From Moniliella sp. 'wahieum' (Eukaryota), in assembly GCA_003971905.1 (NCBI GenBank), contig RSEE01000035.1, forward strand, positions 372,001 to 436,000: DNA of 64,000 nt, given 5' to 3'. Positions 40,391 to 52,418 of this stretch are shown in pieces. Numbering within the stretch: position 1 is the stretch's first letter; every line of letters begins with the position of its first letter. The notes below the pieces were generated by a model that searched no databases, was not told the DNA's origin, and was given only the letters and a program-made list of their open reading frames with translations. Both the position numbers and the translations under genes were made by a program.

Positions 40391-41518
40391 GGCAAAGAAA
40401 ACGAGAAGAAAATAAAAGGGAAAGGTAGTGGTGTGGAGAGTAGACGGGTAGTGGAAGAGGTAAAGACTCAAGAAGCGGACAATTACTTCCGCATGATGAG
40501 AGTACTTATATATGCCGGGTGCGGTGGGTCCGGCATAACATTGCTTGCGCCTTCCCCCGGAGCAACAATGGCCAGCAACCGTAGTATTAGGGCACTGAGG
40601 CAGAGGTCATATGCCCCATACTTCACTGCTTCCACTAATAGAAAGGTGGTGCGACCGCGCAAGAGGTAGGACAGGAGCGCGCGCGCTTATACAGGCTGAG
40701 TGGCTTAACCTGTAGCATTTCAACTCAGAACGAGTACTGTGGTACTGATCCATTACAGTCAACTGCCGCCCACTCGCGCATAGAGATCCTGGCATGACGA
40801 TCCTCAGCCTTCCTCAGCATCTCAGCGCAAGCCATGGCTTGTTCATCCACATTATCGATTGTCCTGGGGCCCAACTATGATCAACGTTCAACCTCCCTTA
40901 CTACAGCTTCGCTCCCTATAGTTACGTGTTAGTCATCCATGTCGCCCCCCCCCATCAGTCAGCATATCATACCGCAGCGTCTTGTCGTTTTGAGCATCTT
41001 TTGCGGTCATTGATGTTGCCACCCCCAACTTAGGGTACCGTAAGTCTGGGACTCATAACTCGGGCCTCTGAGTGCTCTCAGTTCCCGTCCTAGCGATGCT
41101 TCCTCCCCTCTAGTAGCAACGAGTCCTTGCATCTTTGAGTATAGTAGTGTACTGCCAAGGAAGCGTATACTTTCGGTCCACTCGCATTCTCCCTGTCTTC
41201 CTCCCGACTCTCCCACAGGTGTTCTGGTTCTGATGAACTGCACCTTCAATTTGACACTTTGAAACTTGTGCTCAGTAACGGACACCATTGTGACCAGCGT
41301 TTGATCACGATTCATTTCTAAACGAGGGCGGAGAGTAGGGTTATTAATAATCGGGCAGAGCGCCCCCCTGCGTGCTGGTGACTCCGCACGCGGCGAGTGT
41401 GTGGCCGTGCGGCCCAGCCAGCTTGGGCGGTGCCGGGGCGACCCGAGAAGGGGCGGCCGAGCCAGCAGCAGACAAGCCTGGCCAGCTCCTCTGCCTCGAC
41501 CTCGTCTGTCCGTCCTCC

Positions 41519-42963
41519 ATGTCGGCTCGCATGCTCTTCCCCCGCGTCACGCCTGCTGTGCGTCGGGTGGCTGTGCCTTCCCTCCGCACCTTTGCCACTG
41601 CCGCGCCCGCACGCACTCCGGTCACCAAGATCAGCGTCCTCGACAATGGCCTGACCATCGCGACCGAGGCCAACCCGGCGGCCAAGACGGCTACCGTCGG
41701 CGCCTGGATCGGCGCTGGCAGCCGTACCGACGCACCTACTGCCAGCGGCCTGGCCAACTTGTTCAGCCAGGTGGCCCTCCAGTGTATGTGTGCTGCCTGC
41801 GCCCTGTGCTCCATCTGCGAACTGAGCGACTGACCTTGCATTTGTCAGCTTCGGGCGCTGAGGTGGAGAAGCTGGGCTACAAGCTGGATGGGTACACGTC
41901 GCGTGAGTGCACCGCGTTCTATGTCAAGACGTTGGGCGAGGACGCCACCAAGACGGTTGCAGCGCTGGCGGATGTGCTGCAGAAGCCCGACCTGAGCGAA
42001 GCTGCGTTCGAGGCGGAGCGTACCAAGGTGCTCCAGCTGCAGGAGGCCGACAAGCCAATCAAGGACATTGTCTTTGAGCATCTGTATGCCGTTGCCTTCC
42101 AGAAGCAAGCTCTTGGCCAGACCATCGAGGGCGACGAGTCGGTCAAGGAGCTGCTCCCTGGCCAGCTCAAGCTCTTCCAGGAGAAGTACATTGTTTCCGA
42201 CAACACGACCCTCGTTGCCACGGGCGCTGTGAACCACGAGGAGTTGGTGAGTGAGGCGAAGAAGCTCTTCACTACCCTCCCCGCTTCCGCCGACCCGCTG
42301 TTGTTGCCCAAGCCTACCGTGACCAAGTTCGTGGGCTCGGATGTGCGGATCCGTGACGATGCGTACCCCACGTGCAACTTTGCGATTGCGGTCGAGGGAG
42401 CCAGCTACAACAGCCCCGACTATGTCCCCTTGCTCGTGCTGCAAGCCATCCTGGGTAACTGGGATCGTTCTCTGGGTGCTTCGACGCTGCTGTCGAGCCG
42501 CTTGTCGTCGATTGTTGCGGAGAGCGAGTTGGCGATTTCGTACAACCACTTCAGCCACTCCTTCTCTGACACGGGGTGGGGTGTCTATGTCGAATCGGAC
42601 CAGTATGAACGGCTGGACGACACGGCTCACTTTATCCTCAAGGAATGGCAACGCCAGAGCATTGCTCCCACCTTGATCGACGTGGAGCGTGCTAAAGCGC
42701 AACTCAAGGTCTCGCTGGCGCTCAACGAAGGTCTTCCCACCGGCTTGGCCGAGTCGATTGGTCACCAACTGGCCAGCACGGGCAACCGTGTCTCCCTGGA
42801 GCAGCTCAAGGCTAAGATTGACGAGGTGACTCCGGCTGTGATCAAGGCTACTGCGCTCAAGTACCTTTGGGACCGCGATGTTGCGATTGCTGCGTTTGGT
42901 CGCACTGAGGGTCTGTTCCCCTACGACCGCATCCGCGCCGACATGAGCTCCATGCTCTACTAA
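41519..42963 (+). CDS. QCR1: Cytochrome bc1 core protein 1 / MPP-beta-like M16 protein lacking HxxEH
   Basis: TKISVLDNGLTIATE..TATVGAWIGAGSR, DGYTSRECTAFY, FVGSDVRIRDD, ILGNWDRSLG, YLWDRDVAIAA..YDRIRADMS. Intron 41784-41848. Confidence 0.85.
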
Positions 42964-44576
42964 TGGCTGGGCTTGGCCCCCACTTTGCTGCATGACAAGC
43001 GAATCAATCCACCAAAACGGAAGTCATCATCCACTCGTAGACTCGTTGGGAGCAGCAAAACGGCGTTAGTCAGTTAACACCCTTGCCTCATCGAGGGGCC
43101 TGACGGGATCGTGCATCCATGGCCTAGGTCAGGTAACCGCTAGTGAGGGTTAGAGGTTGGGCTCACATAAGAAGACTGAGATACTCGACTCGACATGTTC
43201 CTGTCAGGCATCAGACCTCAGGCATAAGGAATCCAGCAAGGTATTCCAAAATCGTTTGCCAAAGGCGGGCTTGGTGCTCAAGATGGGCGACACTGTTCCA
43301 TCTTTTATGCCAGGCAAGAACTGTCGGCGGCGAAGAATGGTGCCAGTGCAGCTTGACTGGTCACGTTGACTGGACCTTAATTGGCCGGTCGGCCACCCGC
43401 TTGAGCCTGCGCCTGATCCATGACCGGAAATTGTACATGATTCATCTTATCGCCTTGACATGGGACCGGCCAAGTCGAGCACAGCCAAACCGAGAACCGA
43501 GGAGGACGTTACGGAGGACCCCGGCTTTTTGCAGACCGGGCTAAAGACGGGTTTGGGGGAAAACGTGGTTCCCGCGCCTCAACTGTGGGGCCGTCGGGGA
43601 CTCTCCGACTGTGCGCAACTCCGCATTCATCGCCCCCACCTAGCCAGGCGATTCAGACGATGACAATATCCTCCTCATTCGTTCTGATTCCCGCGCGAGA
43701 GAGGCCGCCCAACTGCAACGTGTATGGGCCAGCAATGTAGTAAAAGGGTGGTCTATAGTTCCTTGGTCCCAGCCGTACGTTCTGCAAATGATTTGGTTAC
43801 AACAGAGGCTCAATATTTCCAACGGTTCCCTTTCACTTGCTTGGGCCGGGACAAGGCTGCAATGGCACCGCTGCCCTTGGGAGTAAGCCCAGCGACACAG
43901 GACTTCGAATGACCGGATTGTCTTTGGTCTCTGTGCACCTTACGCAAGCTCTCTCCCCAAAGCCCATTCGGGCAGCTGCATCAACCTGGGCATGCATGCG
44001 GGGGACCCCCTCGGTGAAAGGGGAGGAGGAGCGTTGCAATCAAAGCTGCTGCCCAACTCGATGCTGGTGGCCCAGTGACGGTAAAGCAGTGAAGAGTGAA
44101 GCCTATGGATCCGTCGCATGGGGCCCAGGCTCAAAGCTCGGGAGGCACTTGTGTCAAGCAGATTGCAATGTTGCAATGCTTGAAGTGGTCCGTTCAATTT
44201 CCAGGTCACCGGTCGTTGGTCCCGAACGAGTGTGACGTGTGAGGCGCTCAAGGGCAATATTCGCCGCAGCAACCCTACTAGCTGGGCATCGAGGGAGTGT
44301 CTGGTCTTGGGTGCCACTGCGCCTGTTTGGGGATGCGAGCCGGCGTTCCCGTCCGAAGATGACGGTGGCGTGTGCTGATCGCTCGTTCTCACCATCTCTC
44401 TCCAAGATCGTCTTTACAGTACGTGGCCCATTCTCTCGCAGCGCGTCCGCCTGGCGGTCTGACAGGCGCCCGGGTCCGTTGATGAACGAAGGCCGCCTGC
44501 CCCGTCGACCCGCAGCTGCTTGCGCCCACCTGGCTCACGACGTAGCTAACTGTCTTTCCTTTCCTTTGCGGTGCAG

Positions 44577-44999
44577 ATGTCGACCCAAGTGTCCTCCTTC
44601 AAGCGTTTTGTCGAGGTGGGCCGTGTGGTGCTGATCAACGATGAAACGTCGCCGATCAACGGCAAGTTGGCGGTGATTGCCGAGATCATTGACGCCAACC
44701 GGGCGATCATTGACGGCCCCACCACTGGCGTGGCGCGCCAGCCGTTCCAGTACAAGTACTTGATCCTGACCAAGTTTGTGGTCAAGGACCTGCCCCGCGC
44801 TGCGCGCTCCAAGGTGGTGAAGAAGTACTTTGAGAAGGCCGGTGTGGCGGAGAAGTGGGCGGCGAGCAACTGGGCCAAGACGCTGGCCGCTCGCGAGGCC
44901 AAGAAGTCGACGACCGACTTCCAGCGCTTTGAGATTACCCACCTCAAGCAGCAGCGGAGGAAGCTGCTTGGCGAGGAGCTGAAGAAGACGGCGGCTTGA
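44577..44999 (+). CDS. RPL14: 60S ribosomal protein eL14
   Basis: FKRFVEVGRVVLI..GKLAVIAEIIDANRAIIDGPTTGVARQ..WAKTLAAR..TDFQRF. Confidence 0.97.
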   Translation: MSTQVSSFKRFVEVGRVVLINDETSPINGKLAVIAEIIDANRAIIDGPTTGVARQPFQYKYLILTKFVVKDLPRAARSKVVKKYFEKAGVAEKWAASNWAKTLAAREAKKSTTDFQRFEITHLKQQRRKLLGEELKKTAA

Positions 45000-45000
45000 G

Positions 45001-45030
45001 TGCAATGCAATGCAATGCAATGCAATGCAA
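45001..45030. repeat. (TGCAA)6 microsatellite just after the RPL14 stop
   Basis: Directly visible in the sequence. Confidence 0.95.
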
Positions 45031-45609
45031 CTCTTTTAATCGCGTCTTCCTCCCCCTGCCCTCTCTGGGCCGCCATGGTCTTTTCCTGTCTTACTTGGCA
45101 GAGCCTTATTATGCACCTTGAGCGGGGGACAGTGGACTGTTCTACCCCCACCTCCTTACCTGGGCCTCCTCCTCGGGCTCGTCATGCGTTGCATGATCCC
45201 CTCTGTCGGCTTGACACTGGACCGCGCACACTCGCCCTGGCCCCAGGCGGATGAAAAATCCATTGTCTTTATGGCGAACAAAGAAAGTGTTGGTTGGTAG
45301 ATGAAGAATCCCTAAATGGGTCTGTTTGTGTGAAGCCAGTGCTTATAGAAATGGAATGAGCGAGGCGAATTCTAAAAGTGCGAGAACGAGTTCAACAACA
45401 TATTGACAAGGCAGGCGCGCGGGGGAAAGGAAGGGAGATGACGGAGTGGTCATTGTCTGTAAGGATGAGGGGGGGGGAGAGTAACAGCAAGGCCCGACCG
45501 AATGCAGGGAGGAAAGACAGAAGTAACCGAGCAAGCAGGCGAGGCGAGGCTCGGAACTTGGGGCCTTCCATCGAAGGTGGCCCCAGGACAAGGGAGAGTG
45601 ACAATTAGC

Positions 45610-47508
45610 TCAGCCTTCGTTCACCCAGCCCACCACGAACGAATATGCGCGCCCAACCGCCCCTCCCGCAAGGGAACCGAGTGATTGCCGGAACCCAAGC
45701 ACGGCCGCATCAGCGGTGGTGAGCAGCGCCTCGTTATCTTGGTAGTTGGGGAGGAAGGGGAGTACTTTGCCCAGTCCGCTGGTTGTCGACCCACCGAGCA
45801 GGGTGACGGGGTCCGCAAAGGCCGCGCGCTGGATGTGCCAGTTTTGGACACAGCGGTAGTGAAGCAAGACGGCGAGAACGATGGCCGCGTGCCAGATTTG
45901 ATGTGCATGGGCAATGTAATCAAACCGACCGGGGAAGTAGGATTCGGGGAAGTGGTGGCATAAAGAGTAAGCCAGTGACATAGGCACAATGCTAGGGGTG
46001 ACGGGGCTAGGTAGTGAATGGTGTTGGTCACGCCATGGGCATACGCGGCATGCGCAATGGGCAAGACGGCGAAGCCGGCCAAGGTGACAAAGATGGCGAT
46101 TCGGTAGCCCTTGTTGCGGCCGTTCGTTGAACCAAGGGATAAAGGGCACAATCGTGCACACACCAGAAAGGACCATGACTGTAACATATGCCCAGATAAT
46201 GTTGGGCTGTTGGTAGAACAGGTTGTACACCACCGTCCACACGCTCGCCGAGATGAGCCAACCAATACCGGTGTAATCCACACAAGCAAAGAGATTGAAG
46301 TAATGAAAGTCGGAGCAGCCGGCCATGACGTGCCAGCTGACGCTGAATGCCATGCACTCGATCGCTGCGCCCAGGTACACCAAGGAGATGATCTTGTCCA
46401 TCGGTGTCGTCGCCGCGCCGGGCAAGTCAGAGGAAGAAGGGGCCGGGAAGAGCCAGGGGGCAGCCAAGACCAAGGCGATGCCAAGAATGTGGGACCAGAC
46501 ATTCAGAGTCTCGTTGTGCCACTCAAAGGTACTCTGAACGAGCTTAGGCCATCGTTTGACGGGGATGAAGCGATAGCCAGTAAGAATGTACTCATTGTTC
46601 CTCCACAGCATCGGCAGATCAGCATAGGTGATCAACCGTCTTCCCTCCGATGCCATGTCCAGGGCTGCATCGTAAATGCGCATCTCCAGCTCCTCAGCTT
46701 GGCTCTTGGCCCGCGACACGACCGCCCGGGCCCCTGTGCCCCACTCGGCCAAACGAACCTCGAGCGTCTTGGTTGCCTGCCCCGTGCGGGACAAAAGGGC
46801 CTCCATCTCTTGGCTCCACTCGCCCCCGACAGCTTCGGTCGCCGCATCAAGGTGCGTCTTGAGGCTGGCTAGCGCACTGCCAGCCTCCATGAGGAAGCGA
46901 GCCGAAATATCTTGCACACTTTGCGACATGCTCGGCAACTTGTTCGACAGCCCGCCCAGATTGGGAGCCACGTCCGGGAAGCCGGACAGGAGCAGACGCA
47001 GCTGATCCCGGGCGGCAACGAGGTGAGCTTGCAACGCAGCTTTGGATACGTCCAGCTTGGCTGCTTCACAGGGCAGAGAGAGGGAACCCAGGCGTGCCTC
47101 CACAGAAGAGAGCTGCGCCAAAACGCTATCCCTCACCGACGCCAATGCGAGGAGGAGGCTGGGACGCAAATCCAGATAGTCTAGGCGATGGCGGTCGTCG
47201 GTCAACAAGCGCCGGGCCGCCTCTTTTCCGCCCACCATGGAAGATGAGGCAGCACGTCGTCGCCGCCGAGCGCCAGGGAAACCGGGTACAGCGCCTGACG
47301 CTGCCGGCGCCGGAACAAGTTGATCGTCGCTGCTGTCGTCGGCACTGTCGTCGGTGGCAACGGGGGCAAAGCCAAGGTCGAGCGGGTCGGGGGAAGCCTT
47401 GTCTGGACGAGCAGGGCGCGGGATACCAGCCAGGCGCGCCAAGGCGGCCACGTATCCGGAGCTGTCGGGCTCGGGTGACGAGAGAGAACGGCGATGAAGG
47501 GTGCCCAT
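45610..47508 (-). CDS. PAQR / hemolysin-III (IZH-family) membrane protein
   Basis: LPMLWRNNEYILTGYRF, WHNETLNVWSH, SVSWHVMAG, CVDYTGI, HFPE..PGRFDYIAHAHQIWH. Compensating frameshifts about 46000-46110. Confidence 0.92.
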   Translation of the reverse strand: MGTLHRRSLSSPEPDSSGYVAALARLAGIPRPARPDKASPDPLDLGFAPVATDDSADDSSDDQLVPAPAASGAVPGFPGARRRRRAASSSMVGGKEAARRLLTDDRHRLDYLDLRPSLLLALASVRDSVLAQLSSVEARLGSLSLPCEAAKLDVSKAALQAHLVAARDQLRLLLSGFPDVAPNLGGLSNKLPSMSQSVQDISARFLMEAGSALASLKTHLDAATEAVGGEWSQEMEALLSRTGQATKTLEVRLAEWGTGARAVVSRAKSQAEELEMRIYDAALDMASEGRRLITYADLPMLWRNNEYILTGYRFIPVKRWPKLVQSTFEWHNETLNVWSHILGIALVLAAPWLFPAPSSSDLPGAATTPMDKIISLVYLGAAIECMAFSVSWHVMAGCSDFHYFNLFACVDYTGIGWLISASVWTVVYNLFYQQPNIIWAYVTVMVLSGVCTIVPFIPWFNERPQQGLPNRHLCHLGRLRRLAHCACRVCPWRDQHHSLPSPVTPSIVPMSLAYSLCHHFPESYFPGRFDYIAHAHQIWHAAIVLAVLLHYRCVQNWHIQRAAFADPVTLLGGSTTSGLGKVLPFLPNYQDNEALLTTADAAVLGFRQSLGSLAGGAVGRAYSFVVGWVNEG

Positions 47509-50389
47509 GGCGTGGAAAAGAAGGACGGTGGCGGGGGAGGCCTGAGGGTGGGCACCGTGGGGGGGACCTACAGACCGTAAGAGCGCCCGACGGTTGGCTG
47601 GTTAAGCAACAGCCCAGCCCGCCAGAGGGCGCGTGATGGGAAGTTTGGTGGTCGCTGATTGATTATCGGTGACCGATGAGGTGGGCGATGCATGATGCGG
47701 CAGATGTGTGACATGTGACATGCGTGACATGTGGTGCATGGTGCATGATGCATGATGCATGATGTCGATGGCATAAGCACGAGATACTGGCTGGTTGCTG
47801 CTGGCGCTGATTTGCTGCTGGACCGATGTGCTGATGCAGGTGGGAGGCGCCAGCACGGGGGCAGCAAGATGTGATGGCAGCCGTGGGTACCAGTGGGTTA
47901 TGCGCATGCACATGCGCAATCTTACACCGCGGGTGGGAGTGGCCTGGGGGCAGTGGGAGCTAGTGGGCACGGGAAGCGCGCGGGCTGGCAAGCAGGCACC
48001 AGGCGGCAGCGGCAAAACAGAACAGCGGAGATGGGCCCAGGGCCAGTGTGCGGTCGCATGAAGAAGCGGCTGAATCAGGGCCAGGGCACGTGGAGCGTGG
48101 AGCACGGGGCTAGGGGCAGGGGGCGGGTGTGGTCTGGGGCAGCTGGGTTTTTGGGAGCGGCTCGGAGCGCGGAGCGCAGAGCTGGTTTCCTTGCAGGTTA
48201 TGCTTATGGCTGCCCTACCACGTAAGTAGACTTGGCAGGACTTGGCTCGGCAAACCAGGCAGGCCGTCGCCCTACCAGCATGGGTTACCAGTTACTAGTT
48301 AGGCCGGATATCCGGTTATCAATAATCGATTTATCCTATCTCGTTCTAGCGCCTAGCATGCAACCACAGACCGCATATCACATCTCACCCTTCGCATTGC
48401 CACCGCCATCACCCCCTTCTTCGAGACCCCAGACTCAGGCCTCAGGAAGCCAGGCACTAGCCTTAGCGCTTAGCCCACGCTATCTCCAACCTCCTCAGGG
48501 CCTCAGACTGTCGCTTCAAGCTTCAAGTTGGAAGCTTCATGCTTCAACGTTCACTAACGTTCAACAGCTTCAGGCTTCAGTTACTACTCCGGCGCAGACC
48601 CTCGGTGCCAGACGAGGGTGGTCATGCATGTGGACAGGGGTGGCGGGTGGACCAACACGACCCACTCCCCACAGACTGGCGGGGATTCATCTTGGGCACG
48701 GGGCGCAGCCCGCCCGCTTCGACGGGAGCGTGGGAGGGACGATGGGTTTGAACGCGACTGTGACATGTGACAAGTGACGCGTGATGCGTGTGATGAATGA
48801 TTCAGGCCTCCCTCAGCTTCAGGAACCACTGGTGTGCTGGCTCAAGCGCTCAGCCCATAGTGAGTACTGAGTTAGTCAGTGGCCGGTGACCGGTGACTGG
48901 TACTGAGTACACTGAGTTACGGAGTGCGGATGCCCAATGATTAATGGGTGATTATCCATATGCGCTGATGTAGTGCTCAGGCACTGATGATATCGATGAT
49001 GCTGATGCACTGCTGTTTTCGGAGTACTACTGATTGATTTATGATGGCGCTGTGTGCATCAGGCCTTGCCACTCCTTGTGACCGACTGGCGCGTACCAAC
49101 CCGTATCCCTCTTCTGACCTCGATCTGACCAAGCTCACCTTGCCCCCTCATAAATCCAACATTGTCAGCGCTGTCACAAGGCCACAGTTCTAATCCAATC
49201 GAGTTGCCCATGTCATCCATGCTATGAATTCAAGCGTTGAACGTCGCTGCATGAGCTACTTCTTGAAGCTTGAAGTTTGAAGCTTGAAGCTTGACTAGGA
49301 CTGTGGGTACCGGGTATATAGGGCTGGGGGGGCGTTGAACCCACCGTTACGTTGAGCCGTTGGTTGAACGGCTCAAGCTGAGCGGTCACGGTGGCCGGTG
49401 AGCTCAGCGCGCTGAGCGTGAGCCACTCTGACACACGCGCTGACATGCAGATTGGATTGAATTTTTTTGCGAGTGGATTTGGATTTTGATATTTAGATCC
49501 GGATTCGAATCCAGATTTAGATTCAGTGCCTCGGTTCCGTTCGAGCGCTGGAACAGAGGGAAGTGAGGCTCACTCCTGAGGCTCAGGCCTGAGGGTAGGA
49601 GATGGTGGCGGTATTCAATATTCATCGATCATCCGAGGGGACTTGAAGCGGACTGGTATAGAAACTTAGAACTTAGCCTAATCGCTTAGGTGGGGAAAGA
49701 AGTTTTCCGGGAAAAAGTAGATAGCAGAGAGTGGGTGTGTGGGCTAGCCATGTGACTACATGCAACACGTGGCATGTGACCATGCGGGCTGGTGAGCGGT
49801 GACCGGTGACCGGCGTGACCGGTGAGTTTACCACTCAGACTGAGTACTGATGCATGATGCACTAATGAGTGCACTGTAATAAGTGGCCTGCAGCGTAGGC
49901 GCCATTCCAATCTACCACGGATGTGCCCAGGAGGACATGATGTGCGGCGTCGACGCGAGCATTCCAGGGGTTACTTGCTGTGGCGCCTGAGCAGGTGTAG
50001 GGGCGAATGCGAGATCGAGGCGGCAGTCCAACTGAGGCTCTCCCAACAAAAAGGCCCATCATAAGGGACGGTGGTACTGACGGTGCTCAGCGTCGGGCAG
50101 GGAGGAATCGTCAGGCCGTCAGGGGGCTTGGACCGCAGAAGATATCGACGTTGATGGAGAGACGGAGGGATTGCAGTGTCTCACATTTGGCTAAACGGTC
50201 CAGGACGTGAAGGAGGAAATGTTGCTGGTCACAGTCGTATAGCCGCTTGGTGCCGCGGCGTAGGGCACAATTGAGAGATCAAAAGTCGACGATGGTGGCA
50301 TGGAGAACTCAGTACTTCAAATGCCGTTGCTTAACTCCCACGGACATCTACCAGAGGGATGGGTACAGGTGAAGGACATCCACACCGGA

Positions 50390-50600
50390 TAAAAGTCGGG
50401 GATGTTCTGGAGGTCCCCGCGGGCTACGAGACGAACTTTCCAGTTCTTGAAGGTGTTTTCAGCGTTCATCTTCACATTCTCGACGAAACGCGCTGACAGC
50501 ACGGTGTGCTCAGTAGGTATAGGTTCGTATCCTAGAAGGTGCCCATTATGGCCTTCAGGGCATCGTACTCGCTGCGCTCGGCAGGCTACCACCTGGCCCT
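50390..50600 (-). mobile_element. Decayed Ty1/copia reverse-transcriptase fragment
   Basis: RARW*PAERSEYDALKAIMGTF* then a frameshift to IPTEHTVLSARFVENVKMNAENTFKNWKVRLVARGDLQ, resembling the RVT_2 start (W..A..E..AL..GTW..YKARLVARG). Confidence 0.75.
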
Positions 50601-51376
50601 ACTCTCTTGACGCTACGACGGGGCGTTCGTTCGGAGGAGCAAAAAGGGGACGCTATGCGCAGTCTCGCCAACTGAGATGCACAGCCGGTAGTAGGTGGAA
50701 CTTGCGCGTCCGCTTTCAAACGGCTGAGCGACGCGAGCCCAAACTTGCTGGCGTCCAGCCCCCATCTTGCTTAGCTCAGGGTTCTCATGGGAGAAGGGTC
50801 TGGGGGCTGGGCTGTATCGGAACCGGAGGGAAGTTCGACTATGCGCGGGCGAGCGAGATAGGCAGCGGTAGCTCAGAGATGGCGGTCAAGAGAAACCGGG
50901 GCTCCTATGGCTAATGCGCATTTTGTCAAAGGTATTTAGTAGGGGGGAGCATATACACGGGAGTATCTAGTAGTGCGATACAGGTATGCTATACTACCGT
51001 GGTGAAGTGGTGAACTCGGGGGGCAGAGAGATTGTGAGGCCTCAGCCTGGGGCATGTGGGGCGTGGTGGTCAAACGGCAAGGGCCTATAATAGTAGGGGG
51101 GTGTCATGCATACTAAACCTCGTTTCAATTTCCATCAATTCTGCATCCCGTGAATCTCGCTTTCCCTTTCCCTTACGGCTGTTCTCTGTCCGATGCCTCT
51201 TATGTCCTCTTTCCTCCGTCTCTGTGGAATCAGGAGGACCTTGTGGTCTTCCTCGCCTAGGCCCGACTGATCATACTGTCCCATTGGGGGGTAGTGGTGG
51301 AAAAGAGGATTCGTGACGGCCGATAGCAAGGGGGGGGCTGGGGCACTTGAGCGAAGGCGGAGTAGGGGGGGTAATT

Positions 51377-51615
51377 TGTTGGCCTAGGGAGCCGGACGGG
51401 CAGAAGGATGAGGAGAAGGTGATGGATTGGAGCCAGAGTTGGGTCTGGGTACAGAGGCATCTATATAGGAGGCTGGACTAGGCACAGGGACAGTGAGTCA
51501 CACAGGAGAGAGTGCAGGGCACAGGGACAGTGACACGCAGGACGTCAGCGTGGAAGCCGATGGAACCGAGGCGAACCTGGTCTACCGACTGGGAGCCAGA
51601 GGATCACAGTCAACA
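51377..51615. repeat. LTR copy 1 (239 bp)
   Basis: TG..CA termini; contains CTATATAG. Confidence 0.93.
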
Positions 51616-52338
51616 CCCCCGCTGGCCAGGGAACCCGGAGACATCGGTTGTGGGATGAGCTCCTGCCAGTGGATGTAGAGAGGGGAGGACTTGAGTGGCA
51701 ACCGGGACGAATGGCCTGGAGTTGTGCATGGCCACACGACTGGCCTACACCCCCGCTGTCCAGGATGACACCTGAACGAGCCGAGCGCTTGTGGTTGGTG
51801 TATTGTGCGACGCCAGATGCTTGTAGAAGTCTTAGAAGTAAAAGTAGTAGGGGTTGCGCCCCGAAGCGATTTGGTGGGCAAAAGTAAAAAGCACCAGTTA
51901 TAGGTGTAGTGAAAGAAAATTGGAAACTTGGAGTAAATGCGGTCCAAGGTCGTTTGGCATCAAAATTGGATGCGTTTGGTAGTTGTTTGGTTCCGCATGC
52001 CTGGTGCCAGTGGGGTCCATTGGGCATGGGAAATGAACGGGCGCTATGCGTCAACCGTCTTGATCTGTTTGGGTTCTCTTTGTTGTTGAAAAAGAGGAGT
52101 GGAAGAAGTTGGGTGACCACCCCCCCCCATCCTTTCCCCAGGTGCCCCGGATGAATTGGCAATCCGGGGCGTGTAGCCGTGGGTGGGGCACTTGATGAGC
52201 AGCCACCCCCGCTTTCTGCGATTCGCCTGCGCCGTTTTGTCGTTGGAGGAATTTCGTCTCGTTGACGATACCCGACACGTTTTGTTCCGTCGTGTGTTGT
52301 CCCTAAAAATCATTGCCCCATCTGTGGGGGACGAGTGT

Positions 52339-52418
52339 GCCGATTGTGGCGGTAGTATGCCGATTGTGGCGGGTAGTATGCCGATTGTGGCGGTAAGGCG
52401 CCGATTGTGGCGGTGGTG
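52339..52418. repeat. 4 x 20-21 bp tandem repeat inside the LTR element (GCCGATTGTGGCGGTAGTAT)
   Basis: Units at 52339, 52359, 52380 and 52400. Confidence 0.9.

Noticed and set aside
43380..43700. RNase P/MRP RNA (ATTCAGAC resembles CR-V)
   Set aside because: No complementary CR-I half of P4 found upstream.
44470..44560. Intronic C/D snoRNA (TTGATGA)
   Set aside because: No downstream CTGA D box or terminal stem.
52339..52418. CRISPR-like short repeats
   Set aside because: Simple tandem repeat inside an LTR element, with no spacers.
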